Source: an uncultured virus (IMG/VR IMGVR_UViG_3300002097_000869)
Taxonomy: Duplodnaviria > Heunggongvirae > Uroviricota > Caudoviricetes
IMG/VR virus record: IMGVR_UViG_3300002097_000869
Coordinates: 62,001 to 126,000 of that record
Length of the DNA stretch: 64,000 nucleotides
Reading direction: 5' to 3' (one strand)
Shown piece after piece: positions 27,169 to 36,798 of the stretch. Below the pieces are notes generated by a model. The model saw only the letters and a program-made list of their open reading frames with translations. It was not told the DNA's origin and searched no databases. Each line of letters opens with the position of its first letter. The first letter of the stretch is position 1. The translations under genes and the position numbers were made by a program.

Positions 27169-28053
27169 ATGATCCTCAAGGAGAGAAGCATGGACGAGAA
27201 AACAATTGCTAGATTGAAGCAGCCGTTAAAAATTTATAGTTTGCCAGGTCCTAAGGGAAAAGAGTATAAGTATGTAAAGGGTGAGGACGTGATATCGGCT
27301 CTGAACGAGGCTTTTCAACACAATTGGTGTTCGGAGGTAAAAAATGTTATAACTATTGACGGGCATGTTGTGGTACATGTTGCCATAACTGCTCAAGGGA
27401 TCACTCATGAAGCTTTTGGTGGTGCTGATGTAGCTGTACACAAATATGGGGAAAGTCAGGGGAAACCAGTCAATATGTCTAACACATATAAGAGTGCTTT
27501 GACTAATTCTATAAAGAAGGCCAGTGAACAGTTTGGTCTTGGTCTTAATGTAGAGGATTATGTTGATACAAATGATACCGAATATGGTGACCCCAGACCA
27601 AAGAATGAGATACCTAAAAATTTTGGCGGGCCACAAAAAACTCAACCAAAAACAACAGGTGAAACTACAGTATCAATAAAAAAACGAGAAGAGGTAAAAG
27701 AAGAACTACCAATAGATGTAGAACAACTTAAAAGGCTTGTATCAGCAGTAATTGCTAACTCTGACCCGATAAAAGAAGAACCAAAAAAACCGGATTCTTT
27801 AGTTAAATTATACACAGAAGAGCAAAAGACAGCTCAAGATACATTTCCTAAGTCAAATACTGGTAAAATAAATGCTATTCAATTGGGAGCTATAACAGGC
27901 ATGTGTAAGTTGCGAGGTATTTCTGTTACTGAGGTTGTGGTAGAGGCATTGGGACCCTTAGAATCTTCAGGTGACATAGATATTAATGATTTATCCTATA
28001 ATGAGGGTGTCAAGATAATCGGCCATTTAAATGGAAAGAAGAAACTGAGTTAG
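27169..28053 (+). CDS. Rad52/Rad22 (Sak)-family single-strand annealing protein
   Basis: YVKGEDVISALNEAF..W, KSALTNSIKKASEQFGLG; the start may be 27190. Confidence 0.8.
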   Translation: MILKERSMDEKTIARLKQPLKIYSLPGPKGKEYKYVKGEDVISALNEAFQHNWCSEVKNVITIDGHVVVHVAITAQGITHEAFGGADVAVHKYGESQGKPVNMSNTYKSALTNSIKKASEQFGLGLNVEDYVDTNDTEYGDPRPKNEIPKNFGGPQKTQPKTTGETTVSIKKREEVKEELPIDVEQLKRLVSAVIANSDPIKEEPKKPDSLVKLYTEEQKTAQDTFPKSNTGKINAIQLGAITGMCKLRGISVTEVVVEALGPLESSGDIDINDLSYNEGVKIIGHLNGKKKLS

Positions 28054-28055
28054 TT

Positions 28056-29987
28056 ATGTCAAAATACGAGGTCGTTGAACGTCTTTGGGAATCTGCTGGA
28101 TTTAATATCACAATACTACAAGTACCGCCAGACAAAATAGACGACAAACTGGCAATATTGTCAGATGGAAGTGGTTTATTAACTTCTTTTATGTATAACA
28201 GATTCTTGTTTAATACTTGTATTGTTGATCCCAGTAAGGTGTGGCCTTTCATGGGCAGCTTATCTGAAAATACTGACCTTGTTGTTAGTGCAGTTATGGA
28301 TTTAAAGTCTCTGATTATTGAAGCTAATCCCTTACTTGATCCAAGAATATTGATAATAAATGATGAAAATATAATAAGACTCCCAAATCAAGGTGACACG
28401 ACCTCGACAGCTCGGCTACTAATAAACAATCCTCGTTGGGATGATACGAACGTAGAATCAGATGATGAGGAAGATATTGATAATTTCTTTTCTAATGCCG
28501 AGCCACCGAGGCTGCCTTTAAATGTAAATCCCAGTATTCCTTGGGCAGAAAAATTGGAACTCAAGGAGTGGTCAACTACTGGTCTGGTTGTGTTAGTACT
28601 TAAATGTTCTGTTGACGATATTCCTGAAGTTTTTAAGGATAAGTATTCCTTTGCTAATGATGATGGTGGTTATGAGGCATACAGATTATTCATTGTGGCA
28701 AAGACAGTAGCAGATTTTGCTGCTATGTTTCAACATTTGGATGAAATGGGTATAACAAAGAAAAACTCGCCCAAAGAATTAGTACGACAACTATATGAAC
28801 TAGTTATAGAAGAAAATCCATTTCTAGCCTGGGAAAGTGTAGATTTGGATAAGGTAAAGAGGGCGGTAATAGCTAAATATGGTAAGCAGCAAAAACCGCA
28901 TCTGAACAAGTTTAGTAAGGATAGTGTAAAAGGGGATAAGAATACTGAAACAAAGAAACAAGCAAGGTTAAGTAAAGATTTTTATAGGGAATTTTCCGAT
29001 GTATCAGAAGAAGAGGTAAATACTTTAGCGGAAAGAATAAAACAAGAAGTAATAGGACAGGACCCTGTTATAGAAGAAATAGTAGATTCTATAAAACTAG
29101 CCAAATGTGGGTTTAAAGAAGAAGGTACACCTATTGCTACTTTCTTGTTAACTGGTGAATCCGGTGTTGGTAAAACTCATTGTGCCAAAATGTTGGCTAA
29201 ATATTTAACAGGTGATGAACATAATTTAGTTAGGGTGGATTGTTCCGAATATAGTCATAGCCACGAGATTTCAAAGCTTATAGGAAGTCCCAATGGTTAT
29301 ATCGGGTCTTCCGACACTACCAAGTTTTTTGAAATGATGACGAAAAGTCCATTTAGCGTGGTTTTATTTGATGAACTGGAAAAAAGTCATTCCAAACTCC
29401 ATGACCTGCTGCTTCAAGCTATAGATGAGGGTCATCTCACAAACGGTAAGTCAGAAACGGTGTCCTTTGGTCAGGCTATTTTCTTGTTCACTTCTAATAT
29501 AGGGGTTCAAGAAGTAAAGAGTGTTGGGAGCAGAATCGGTATAGGGGATGGTGCCGTAGTAACAAGGGATAAGAGGGCGGCTGCTATAACTGAAGCGGTA
29601 AAAGATAAATTTAAACCGGAATTCATTGGTAGGTTAGACGGTGTTCTTACCTTTGACGTTCTAAATAAGGATTCTTGTATGAGAATAGTAGACCTTCAGT
29701 TTAATAGGGTAAATGAGTTATTAGCAAAAAAGGACATAAGGATAGAGTATGACGAAGCTGTGAAGGAGTACATTTATAGTAGAGGATTCAAGAAGGGTTA
29801 TGGTGCCCGTCCTCTGAAGAGGGTGGTGCGAAAAGAAGTGTTTCTTCCTGTTTCTAAACTGTTGTTGGAACAAAAGTTGTCTTCTAAGGTAGTTGTAAAG
29901 GTAGGTATTAGCGAAGACAAGTTAACCTTTAGTGTAGAAGGGAAAAAATCTAAGAAGAAAAAGAAGGAGGCTGCAAAAATAGAGTAA
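28056..29987 (+). CDS. ClpA/B-type AAA+ ATPase with only the D2 module and an unrecognised N-terminal half
   Basis: VIGQD, GESGVGKT, RVDCSEY, KLIGSPNGYIG, LFDELEK, TSNIG, FKPEFIGRLD, GYGARPL. Confidence 0.88.
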   Translation: MSKYEVVERLWESAGFNITILQVPPDKIDDKLAILSDGSGLLTSFMYNRFLFNTCIVDPSKVWPFMGSLSENTDLVVSAVMDLKSLIIEANPLLDPRILIINDENIIRLPNQGDTTSTARLLINNPRWDDTNVESDDEEDIDNFFSNAEPPRLPLNVNPSIPWAEKLELKEWSTTGLVVLVLKCSVDDIPEVFKDKYSFANDDGGYEAYRLFIVAKTVADFAAMFQHLDEMGITKKNSPKELVRQLYELVIEENPFLAWESVDLDKVKRAVIAKYGKQQKPHLNKFSKDSVKGDKNTETKKQARLSKDFYREFSDVSEEEVNTLAERIKQEVIGQDPVIEEIVDSIKLAKCGFKEEGTPIATFLLTGESGVGKTHCAKMLAKYLTGDEHNLVRVDCSEYSHSHEISKLIGSPNGYIGSSDTTKFFEMMTKSPFSVVLFDELEKSHSKLHDLLLQAIDEGHLTNGKSETVSFGQAIFLFTSNIGVQEVKSVGSRIGIGDGAVVTRDKRAAAITEAVKDKFKPEFIGRLDGVLTFDVLNKDSCMRIVDLQFNRVNELLAKKDIRIEYDEAVKEYIYSRGFKKGYGARPLKRVVRKEVFLPVSKLLLEQKLSSKVVVKVGISEDKLTFSVEGKKSKKKKKEAAKIE

Positions 29988-29996
29988 AAAACGAAG

Positions 29997-31382
29997 ATGG
30001 CAGTAAAAAATATAAGTAAAAACCACTTAATATTTGAAGTATTTCCTTGGCTTAGGAAATGGGTAGACTGGGAAGCCAACAAAGAGGGGCTAGAAGACCT
30101 ATCGTGTAGAAGTAAATACAGAATTTCTTTAAGATGCCCTGTGTGTGGCTACAGACTTAAATATACAGTGTCAATGCTGAAAGAGTTGGTCCATAATTTA
30201 GAGTGTAGACGATGTAATAGTTTAGGTATAAAAAGGCCAGACCTTCTTAAATATTGGGATTATAAAGCTAATATGTTAGACCCTTTTATAATTTCTCCTG
30301 GGTCTCATAAGACGGCTAATTGGAAATGTGAAAAATGTGGGTACAGTTGGACAAAAATAATTAGGTATATGTCTTCCTTTACGTATTGCCCACGGTGTGA
30401 GTTTCCTGGTCATCATAGCAACCTGTTTGTAAACAGCGGTTCTGAAAATATAAGATTATGGGACTTGGAAAATAATAATATTGATATAGGTAGCGTAACA
30501 AAAAGGAATAAAGATAAACGGTACTGGAGGTGTCCTGATTGCAACCATAGGTGGGGGGCTTCCATAAGTACAATGTGCCTGCTCCCAGGATGCCCTTATT
30601 GTAAGGGGTTAAGTAAGCGTATTAGTAGGCTGGGCAATAAGACTAATAATAGTCTAGCATTTTGTTTTCCGGATATAGCAGAGGAATTTTTAAGCGAGGA
30701 AAACGGTATAACACCAGACAGGGTATCCAAGTATTCGAATAAAAAGTATATGTGGCGGTGTAGAGTTTGTGGGGGTAAGTGGGAATCTTTTGTTTATAAT
30801 AGAATAAGAAACCATGGGTGTCCCTATTGTAATAACCAGCTTCCTACAGAGACGAATAATTTGGCCGTTCTTAAACCTGAATTGTTGTTGGAATTTAGTA
30901 GTAAAAACAATAAAAGACCCGAAGAATATATGGCACACACAAATAAAAAAGTTTGGTGGGAATGCCCCGTGTGCGATTTTGAATATTTAATGCGTGTTCA
31001 TGACAAGACGAGAATAGACGGTAAGGCCTGTGGGTGCCCTCGTTGTGCTATAGGCATACACGTTTCTAAGTCAGGAGCCACTTGGTTAGATAGTCTGAAT
31101 ATTAGTAAAGAATATAGAGAAAAGAAAATATATTATCAAGAAGGTACTTTAAAGTTCTATAGGGTTGACGCTTTAGTAGGTAATACTGTGTATGAGTTTT
31201 TGGGTGACTTTTGGCATGGTAATCCTTCTATATATGCCGAAAATAGACCTAATAAAAAACTGGGGGTGTCTTTTGGGGAATTATACGGCGAGTGGTTAAA
31301 GAGAAAAGAAATTTTAGAAAATTTAGGCTATATGGTTGTTTATGTATGGGAATCTGACTTCAAAAAGGGACAAGAACTATGA
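29997..31382 (+). CDS. Zinc-ribbon repeat protein with C-terminal Vsr-like endonuclease
   Basis: Repeated W.C..CG..W..GCP.C units; VDAL..YEFLGDFWHGNP..VWE. Confidence 0.8.
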   Translation: MAVKNISKNHLIFEVFPWLRKWVDWEANKEGLEDLSCRSKYRISLRCPVCGYRLKYTVSMLKELVHNLECRRCNSLGIKRPDLLKYWDYKANMLDPFIISPGSHKTANWKCEKCGYSWTKIIRYMSSFTYCPRCEFPGHHSNLFVNSGSENIRLWDLENNNIDIGSVTKRNKDKRYWRCPDCNHRWGASISTMCLLPGCPYCKGLSKRISRLGNKTNNSLAFCFPDIAEEFLSEENGITPDRVSKYSNKKYMWRCRVCGGKWESFVYNRIRNHGCPYCNNQLPTETNNLAVLKPELLLEFSSKNNKRPEEYMAHTNKKVWWECPVCDFEYLMRVHDKTRIDGKACGCPRCAIGIHVSKSGATWLDSLNISKEYREKKIYYQEGTLKFYRVDALVGNTVYEFLGDFWHGNPSIYAENRPNKKLGVSFGELYGEWLKRKEILENLGYMVVYVWESDFKKGQEL

Positions 31383-31717
31383 GAACAGGCCTTAAAGGTT
31401 TAAATGAAGTACGCTTTTCTTTTACTGCTGTTTTTGTTCGCTATGGACATAAGCCAGGGTGGTTTGGTGCAGAAAGAACCCTCTTGTTTAAAAACGTTAC
31501 TAATGTAGAAACCAATAAAATAGTAGCCGACCATGTGTGGTTTACTGGTAATAAAAGTTTTAGTAAGTATTTTTTCAAGGAAGGTGACCTGGTATCTTTT
31601 TGTGCTAGAGTTTCTACTTATGTAAAGGGCTATGTAAATAATAGGGAATATGTAGATGAAAGAACCCTAGATTATAGGTTAACCTACCCAACAAAAATAG
31701 TTTTAGTACGACAATAG
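31379..31717 (+). CDS. Hypothetical phage protein (OB-fold-like)
   Basis: DHVWF, GD.VSF.ARV..Y.KGY..DYRL. Confidence 0.6.
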   Translation: MRTGLKGLNEVRFSFTAVFVRYGHKPGWFGAERTLLFKNVTNVETNKIVADHVWFTGNKSFSKYFFKEGDLVSFCARVSTYVKGYVNNREYVDERTLDYRLTYPTKIVLVRQ

Positions 31718-31757
31718 TTTTGGTATAGTTTTATTTTTTAACCCGGGAGAAAAAACA

Positions 31758-32021
31758 ATGAAGTTCATAATCTCTGCAGCATCAAATAAGATTCCCATTT
31801 CTATAAGAAATAGGGTACAGGACATAAAAATAAGTAGTCGTAATAATGAATATGGCACAATAGATATTGTTGATTTAGAGGACCTTTTGAGACTGTCTTC
31901 TTCACTTGGGGCTAGTTTAGTTGTAGGTAGATATATAGGGTTTGATGAAGAGACGGATAGAGTGAATGGTGGAATAGTTAGCACTATAGTAATCTATGAC
32001 GACTATTTGGAGTTGGAGTAG
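31758..32021 (+). CDS. Hypothetical protein
   Basis: RBS GGAG; ends IYDDYLE. Confidence 0.6.
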   Translation: MKFIISAASNKIPISIRNRVQDIKISSRNNEYGTIDIVDLEDLLRLSSSLGASLVVGRYIGFDEETDRVNGGIVSTIVIYDDYLELE

Positions 32022-32047
32022 GAATACATCGAAATAGAAAATAATAA

Positions 32048-32076
32048 TTGTCATTTTTTGTGGATTATTGTATTTA
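32048..32076 (+). promoter_or_regulatory. sigma70-like promoter
   Basis: TTGTCA-17 nt-TATTTA followed by TATAG. Confidence 0.6.
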
Positions 32077-32139
32077 TATAGTGTGTGGGGATGATGCTGG
32101 GTTGGTACCTTGTTCTTGTTGTAATTTTAGGGAGGTTTT

Positions 32140-32820
32140 ATGGACATAGAAAGAAAACAGGGCGTTTATATAACTGAGCACAAAAAATGGAATACTAAGA
32201 AAATTTTTAATAATGGTTGTAGAATGTGTACGTATAGGCACCAGCCCAAAGTCGTTGATTTTAACTATCCATTCATAAATGATAGGAACCAAGATTACTG
32301 TGGTGGATGGAGCATACATGGGGTTGATTATTCTAAAGAGGCCCAACTTATGCGTGTCATTGAGGGTTTAAAACCATTCATATCTATTGCTATTGTGGCA
32401 GACTCAATAAAGGACCCATCAGGAAATGGCTATAAGGCTGTTTGGACGGATAAAAATGAAGCAGAAAAACAAAAACTATTTGATATAGCAGAAAAATATA
32501 ACCATATAAAGTATGTAGGTAAAATGGGGGGAGGTTCTTCTAGCCTAGGTTTTTGGTATTTTTTTGAGGCTTGTTTTGATACAACCCTTGGTGAATTGGT
32601 AGGCCTACAAAAGTTAGAACAAGTTTATAGATCAAGCGGGATATTAGTCGAATGTGTGCAGAAGAAGGATAAGCCTCTTTCGGACTATTTCGACGAGTTT
32701 GATTGCCAGGGAAGCAATGGTTACATCGAGCCCTGGGAAACAGGTCTTGTACTTGGGTATCCTATTGAAAATACTATATCTTGGTATTTAGAGTCCATAC
32801 AATCTTTTGGAAGATATTAA
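32140..32820 (+). CDS. Hypothetical protein
   Basis: GGGAGG RBS; ends with GLVLGYP. Confidence 0.65.
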   Translation: MDIERKQGVYITEHKKWNTKKIFNNGCRMCTYRHQPKVVDFNYPFINDRNQDYCGGWSIHGVDYSKEAQLMRVIEGLKPFISIAIVADSIKDPSGNGYKAVWTDKNEAEKQKLFDIAEKYNHIKYVGKMGGGSSSLGFWYFFEACFDTTLGELVGLQKLEQVYRSSGILVECVQKKDKPLSDYFDEFDCQGSNGYIEPWETGLVLGYPIENTISWYLESIQSFGRY

Positions 32821-32905
32821 AATAAGAAAGCTGTCTTGTAATAGAGTTTAATTTTTTTGGTCGGTGAAAAAAATAGAGGTTAAAAACAACAAGAAGAGGT
32901 GTTTT

Positions 32906-33508
32906 ATGTTTCAACCAGGTGAAAACATTTCAGTCCCTTATGTATTAGATAATAAAGGACAAGATAGAGTTTTTGACCTCTGGTCAAGACTTAATCAGGA
33001 TAGAATAATTTTTCTGGGAGACAGAATAAATGACCATGTAGCTAATATTGTCGTAGCTCAAATGCTATATTTAGAGTCACAAAACCACGATGCTCCTATT
33101 TACCTTTATATAAATAGTCCCGGAGGTATTGTTACGAGTGGTTACGCTATTTTAGATGCTATGAATTACATTACTCCAGAGGTGCACTGTACTTGTGTGG
33201 GACAAGCCTGTTCAATGGGGGCGGTTCTATTGGCTGCGGGGTCAAAAAGGTTTGCGCTTCCTAATAGTACAATTATGATACATCAGCCCTCCGGCGGTTT
33301 TTCCGGTCAAAGTACTGATATGCAAATACATGCAAATTATATACAAAAAATGAAAGAAACCTTAACCAAGATAATGGCAGAAAATACAGGCCAATCATAT
33401 GAAAAGGTCTATGCTGATATGGAACGAGACAACTTTATGAGTGCAGAAGAAGCTAAAGAGTATGGGATCGTTGATGAGGTCGTCTATAAGAGGCCGGTTA
33501 TAGATTAA
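32906..33508 (+). CDS. clpP: ATP-dependent Clp protease proteolytic subunit
   Basis: [23 protein letters not shown] (Ser), MIHQP (His), ERDNFM (Asp); ATG at 32906 after GAGG. Confidence 0.95.
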   Translation: MFQPGENISVPYVLDNKGQDRVFDLWSRLNQDRIIFLGDRINDHVANIVVAQMLYLESQNHDAPIYLYINSPGGIVTSGYAILDAMNYITPEVHCTCVGQACSMGAVLLAAGSKRFALPNSTIMIHQPSGGFSGQSTDMQIHANYIQKMKETLTKIMAENTGQSYEKVYADMERDNFMSAEEAKEYGIVDEVVYKRPVID

Positions 33509-33511
33509 TAA

Positions 33512-33673
33512 ATGTATAAATTGACTTTAAAAGATCTACCACTACCTACTACAGAATATTATTATGACTCAATAAGGGAATTAATGGATGACATCAACAA
33601 TATACTATTGTTAAATGTTCCCTTTATAAATAATAGTTCTGAAATTATAATATCATGGGAAGAGGGTTTTTAG
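33512..33673 (+). CDS. Small hypothetical protein (53 aa)
   Basis: ATG three bases after the clpP stop; open to TAG at 33673. Confidence 0.4.
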   Translation: MYKLTLKDLPLPTTEYYYDSIRELMDDINNILLLNVPFINNSSEIIISWEEGF

Positions 33674-33693
33674 GGGACGTCTTTTAGCGCGCA

Positions 33694-33728
33694 AAAAATT
33701 CTAGGTATGTCATACAGGCTCGTTCCTT
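33694..33728 (+). repeat. Conserved intergenic motif, copy 1 (AAAAATTyTAGGTATGyCA..GGmTCGTTCCTT)
   Basis: Second copy at 38843-38877; partial copy at 39680-39694. Confidence 0.6.
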
Positions 33729-33748
33729 GTTGCTTTTTAGGAGAAAAT

Positions 33749-34189
33749 ATGGAGTGTACAAAAGGGTTGATTATTTCAGGTATAGAAGTAAAAGAACCTC
33801 TTGTATGGTGGGGTGGTACAGACTTACTTTTTGTCGGAAGTTTTTCTGGCGGGCCGAAAAAACTGTTCTACCAAATAAGTAAAGAGGTTTATAGTTTTGA
33901 ACCAGAAAAACTATTTATGCTTAATGTAGTTGAACCTTTGGAGACCTTAGAAAATATTTCCTGTATTGAAGTATACCACTACCTTCTTTCAGATATAACA
34001 GAAGAAGAGGTAGACGAATTAATAGGTAATGAAATAACTCTATACGAAATCATGAGCAAACCCAATAGTAAGAAACTAGTTATTGATGATCTCGGTTGTG
34101 TTTTTTCATTTGATAAGTTTAAGTTTGAGGACTTGCCCGAAAAACTAAAAATCAGATCCGATGTGTATTTGACGGGGTTGGTAAATTAG
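33749..34189 (+). CDS. Hypothetical protein
   Basis: AGGAG RBS before ATG 33749. Confidence 0.6.
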   Translation: MECTKGLIISGIEVKEPLVWWGGTDLLFVGSFSGGPKKLFYQISKEVYSFEPEKLFMLNVVEPLETLENISCIEVYHYLLSDITEEEVDELIGNEITLYEIMSKPNSKKLVIDDLGCVFSFDKFKFEDLPEKLKIRSDVYLTGLVN

Positions 34190-34200
34190 GGGTAAGAAAT

Positions 34201-35016
34201 ATGGAATCTGATATAGTTTATAAAACGTGTAGTAAATGTAAAGAGACAAAACCAGTAGGGGAGTTTCATAAAAATAGGAGTAGGGTTGACGGGTATGCTC
34301 ATAGGTGTAAACTATGTGTGAAACAGTATCAAATAGATAATGCAAAGGCTATAGCGAAGTATAATAAGCAATACCAAATAGATAATGCAAAGGTTATAGC
34401 GGAGAATAAGAAGCAATATAGAATAGATAATGCAAAAGCTATTAAGCAATACAGAATAGATAATGCAAAGGCTATAGCGGAGAATAAGAAGCAATATAGA
34501 ATAGATAATGCAAAGGCTATAGCAGAGTATAAGAAGCAATACCAAATAGATAATGCAAAGGCTATAGCGGAGAATAATAAGCAATATAGAATAGATAATG
34601 CAACAGCTATAGCAGAGTATAAAAAGCAATACCAAATAGATAATGCAAAGGCTATAGCGGAACGTGAGAAGCAATATTTTAAGTCTCCTTCGGGTAGAAA
34701 AGCAGGCAAAGCTGCGCGTCAGAATCGTAGGGCTAGGAAAAAGAAAGCAGAGGGTAGGATTACGAAAATAGTAATACAACAGATAGAAGAAAGTAATATT
34801 TTGAAGTATGGGGAATTAACTTGTGTTTACTGCGGTGTGGTTGTGCACAATAATTACCATCTAGAACATAAAATCCCTCTTGCACGAGGTGGAGATAATA
34901 CGATAGAGAACTTAACTATAACATGTCCAACATGTAATATGAGGAAGCACACAAGAACAGACGAGGAATTTTTGGTTCTTCTACAAGAAGAAAATACAAA
35001 AGGAGATAAAAAATAA
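34201..35016 (+). CDS. HNH endonuclease with N-terminal Zn finger and internal helical tandem repeats
   Basis: KTCSKC..K...EF..CKLC; CVYCG..YHLEHKIPLARGGDN..NL..CPTCN..K. Confidence 0.88.
   Translation: MESDIVYKTCSKCKETKPVGEFHKNRSRVDGYAHRCKLCVKQYQIDNAKAIAKYNKQYQIDNAKVIAENKKQYRIDNAKAIKQYRIDNAKAIAENKKQYRIDNAKAIAEYKKQYQIDNAKAIAENNKQYRIDNATAIAEYKKQYQIDNAKAIAEREKQYFKSPSGRKAGKAARQNRRARKKKAEGRITKIVIQQIEESNILKYGELTCVYCGVVVHNNYHLEHKIPLARGGDNTIENLTITCPTCNMRKHTRTDEEFLVLLQEENTKGDKK
34321..34668 (+). repeat. Coding tandem repeat, 8 units (seven of 45 nt, one of 33 nt), KQYxIDNAKAIAxxx
   Basis: Recurrent ATAGATAATGCAAAGGCTATAGC. Confidence 0.9.
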
Positions 35017-35285
35017 TGGTAAAGACACCTTGGCGATATTCCGAAGTTGAGCTTTTGATAGAGAACTATGAAACAAAAACAACAGACGAGCTAATGGAGT
35101 TGATTCCTAATAAAACAAGAAAGGCTATCAATAGGAAAGTTGAGGAGCTTAGAGCAGAAGGTACTATTGGGTATAGAGATAGCCGTACAGTTAAGAGGGC
35201 GTATCGTCAGAGAGGTAAGTCTGGTAGGCCTACTAAGGACAACGGTGGGGGCCTATCGTCACCATTAGATTATGAGGAAGTATAG
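35016..35285 (+). CDS. Small HTH/SANT-like DNA-binding protein
   Basis: W..SEVELLIENY..ELMELIPNKT.KAI..K. Confidence 0.55.
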   Translation: MVKTPWRYSEVELLIENYETKTTDELMELIPNKTRKAINRKVEELRAEGTIGYRDSRTVKRAYRQRGKSGRPTKDNGGGLSSPLDYEEV

Positions 35286-35804
35286 TTGGATCAAAAACAG
35301 ATAGATAAATGGCTAACAAAAAAGAAAGCCTCTTCTCAATACTGGCAGATTAAGAATTTATTTAAGGGTTTACGTTTAAAGTACAAAGAAGAAGGAAAAA
35401 ATACTGAGTTTTATGCCCTAACTGTTCCTTTATTTGGTCTAAAAGTTAGATTTTCGGGTGTGTCGTTACCGAATGAATTAGGATGGGAGGTATTTTTTGT
35501 GCCGCCAGAGAAATTAGAGAATAGGGGCGAAGTGGAAGGGATACGTGAGAGTATATTTTGGTTTTTAGTTCAAGCTGGTTACTTCGCATATATAAGAGAA
35601 ATAGAAGGGGGCGCTTATACCAATATATTTACTTCCTTATTAATAACACAGGGATGGGCTGAGAAAATTATGCGTAAAAGGGTCGAGTTGTGCGGTAAAG
35701 AGCCCTGTAAAAATTTTATGAAGGTACGGACCGAAGAATTTTTGGGCATGTCTGTTAATAAAATACTTGCGTATTCTCCTGGTTTTTTTGATTATCTAAT
35801 GTAG
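35286..35804 (+). CDS. Hypothetical protein
   Basis: Operon ORF. Confidence 0.55.
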   Translation: MDQKQIDKWLTKKKASSQYWQIKNLFKGLRLKYKEEGKNTEFYALTVPLFGLKVRFSGVSLPNELGWEVFFVPPEKLENRGEVEGIRESIFWFLVQAGYFAYIREIEGGAYTNIFTSLLITQGWAEKIMRKRVELCGKEPCKNFMKVRTEEFLGMSVNKILAYSPGFFDYLM

Positions 35805-35812
35805 GAGGGCAC

Positions 35813-36364
35813 ATGGCGTTTTTAGTTGTAGGTTTATGTTTAGTTTTAGTTTTTGTTATTAATATGTTTTTTTCCGCGCGAAAAAAACTAATCACTACAA
35901 CAAACAAGCTATCCAATATGCAGTCTACAATAGATGAACTAAGAAGTGGGAATGAGTTAAATAATAAGATGATGGTACAGCTTAGCTATACTTTAGGAAA
36001 AAGTAGAGAGGCTTTCGACGAGTTGGAGAGTTCGGCCAGTAAAACCACACAAGAAAGAAACGTATTGGATGAATTATATAGGAAAGAAAGAGGTAGAAAT
36101 AAATCCATAGAGGTTAGAACCGGCCAGATTATGGAAAAAATGGTTCCATTATTAGATATATTTGAGGAGGACCACGAAAATGCATATTTTATGGGTCAAC
36201 CTATTGATTATATTATATATTCCGAAGATAAAGTAGTATTTTTAGAGGTAAAAACAGGAGGGGCACAACTTACCACAAAACAAAGAAAAATTCGGGATTT
36301 GATAAATGATAAGAAGGTAGAGTTTAGGGTAGTTAGGATTAAACCAGAGGAGGAGGAAAGCTAG
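35813..36364 (+). CDS. Archaeal-type Holliday junction resolvase-like endonuclease with N-terminal TM helix and coiled coil
   Basis: Hydrophobic N-terminus; GQIMEKMVP, FMGQPIDYI, VFLEVKTG..L...Q. Confidence 0.8.
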   Translation: MAFLVVGLCLVLVFVINMFFSARKKLITTTNKLSNMQSTIDELRSGNELNNKMMVQLSYTLGKSREAFDELESSASKTTQERNVLDELYRKERGRNKSIEVRTGQIMEKMVPLLDIFEEDHENAYFMGQPIDYIIYSEDKVVFLEVKTGGAQLTTKQRKIRDLINDKKVEFRVVRIKPEEEES

Positions 36365-36365
36365 G

Positions 36366-36770
36366 ATGTGGGTACCAGAAGATATAAAGGGAACATTAGA
36401 ATCTACGGGGGAATTAAATAAAAGGATAATAGAGTTAGAACAAAAGGTAGCTGAGTTAGAAGTCAAACTAGCTAGTAAGGATACTCTTGTACTAAGAAAA
36501 CAAGAGATAGATAAAACGACGATACCAATAGATTCTAGTTTAAAGGTAAACAGCAAAAAGGAACTTATGGAGCAAGCTAGTCAGGAGTTAACAATAACTT
36601 CTTCAGGCGAGCAGCCAAGCTATGGTTCAGAGGACGAGTGGTTTGGGCAGGGTAGGAGGACTTCTTACCGTCCTTATCAAGAATCTGAAGCTAGGACTAG
36701 GACATTGTGTGATATAGTAGAAGACCCGGGGGGTTGGCCCGATGACATAGCTGATTTTTTAGGTTTTTAA
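36366..36770 (+). CDS. Hypothetical coiled-coil protein
   Basis: Operon ORF. Confidence 0.55.
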   Translation: MWVPEDIKGTLESTGELNKRIIELEQKVAELEVKLASKDTLVLRKQEIDKTTIPIDSSLKVNSKKELMEQASQELTITSSGEQPSYGSEDEWFGQGRRTSYRPYQESEARTRTLCDIVEDPGGWPDDIADFLGF

Positions 36771-36798
36771 GTAACAAGATTAAGGAGTATTAATAACT

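Noticed and set aside
34321..34668. Possible CRISPR array (also 39068-39325 and the 183-nt repeats)
   Set aside because: In-frame coding tandem repeats without unique spacers; no cas genes
34312..34779. Hydrophobic repeat ORFs on the minus strand (also 34329-34709 and 38876-39325)
   Set aside because: Antisense shadows of the HNH repeats
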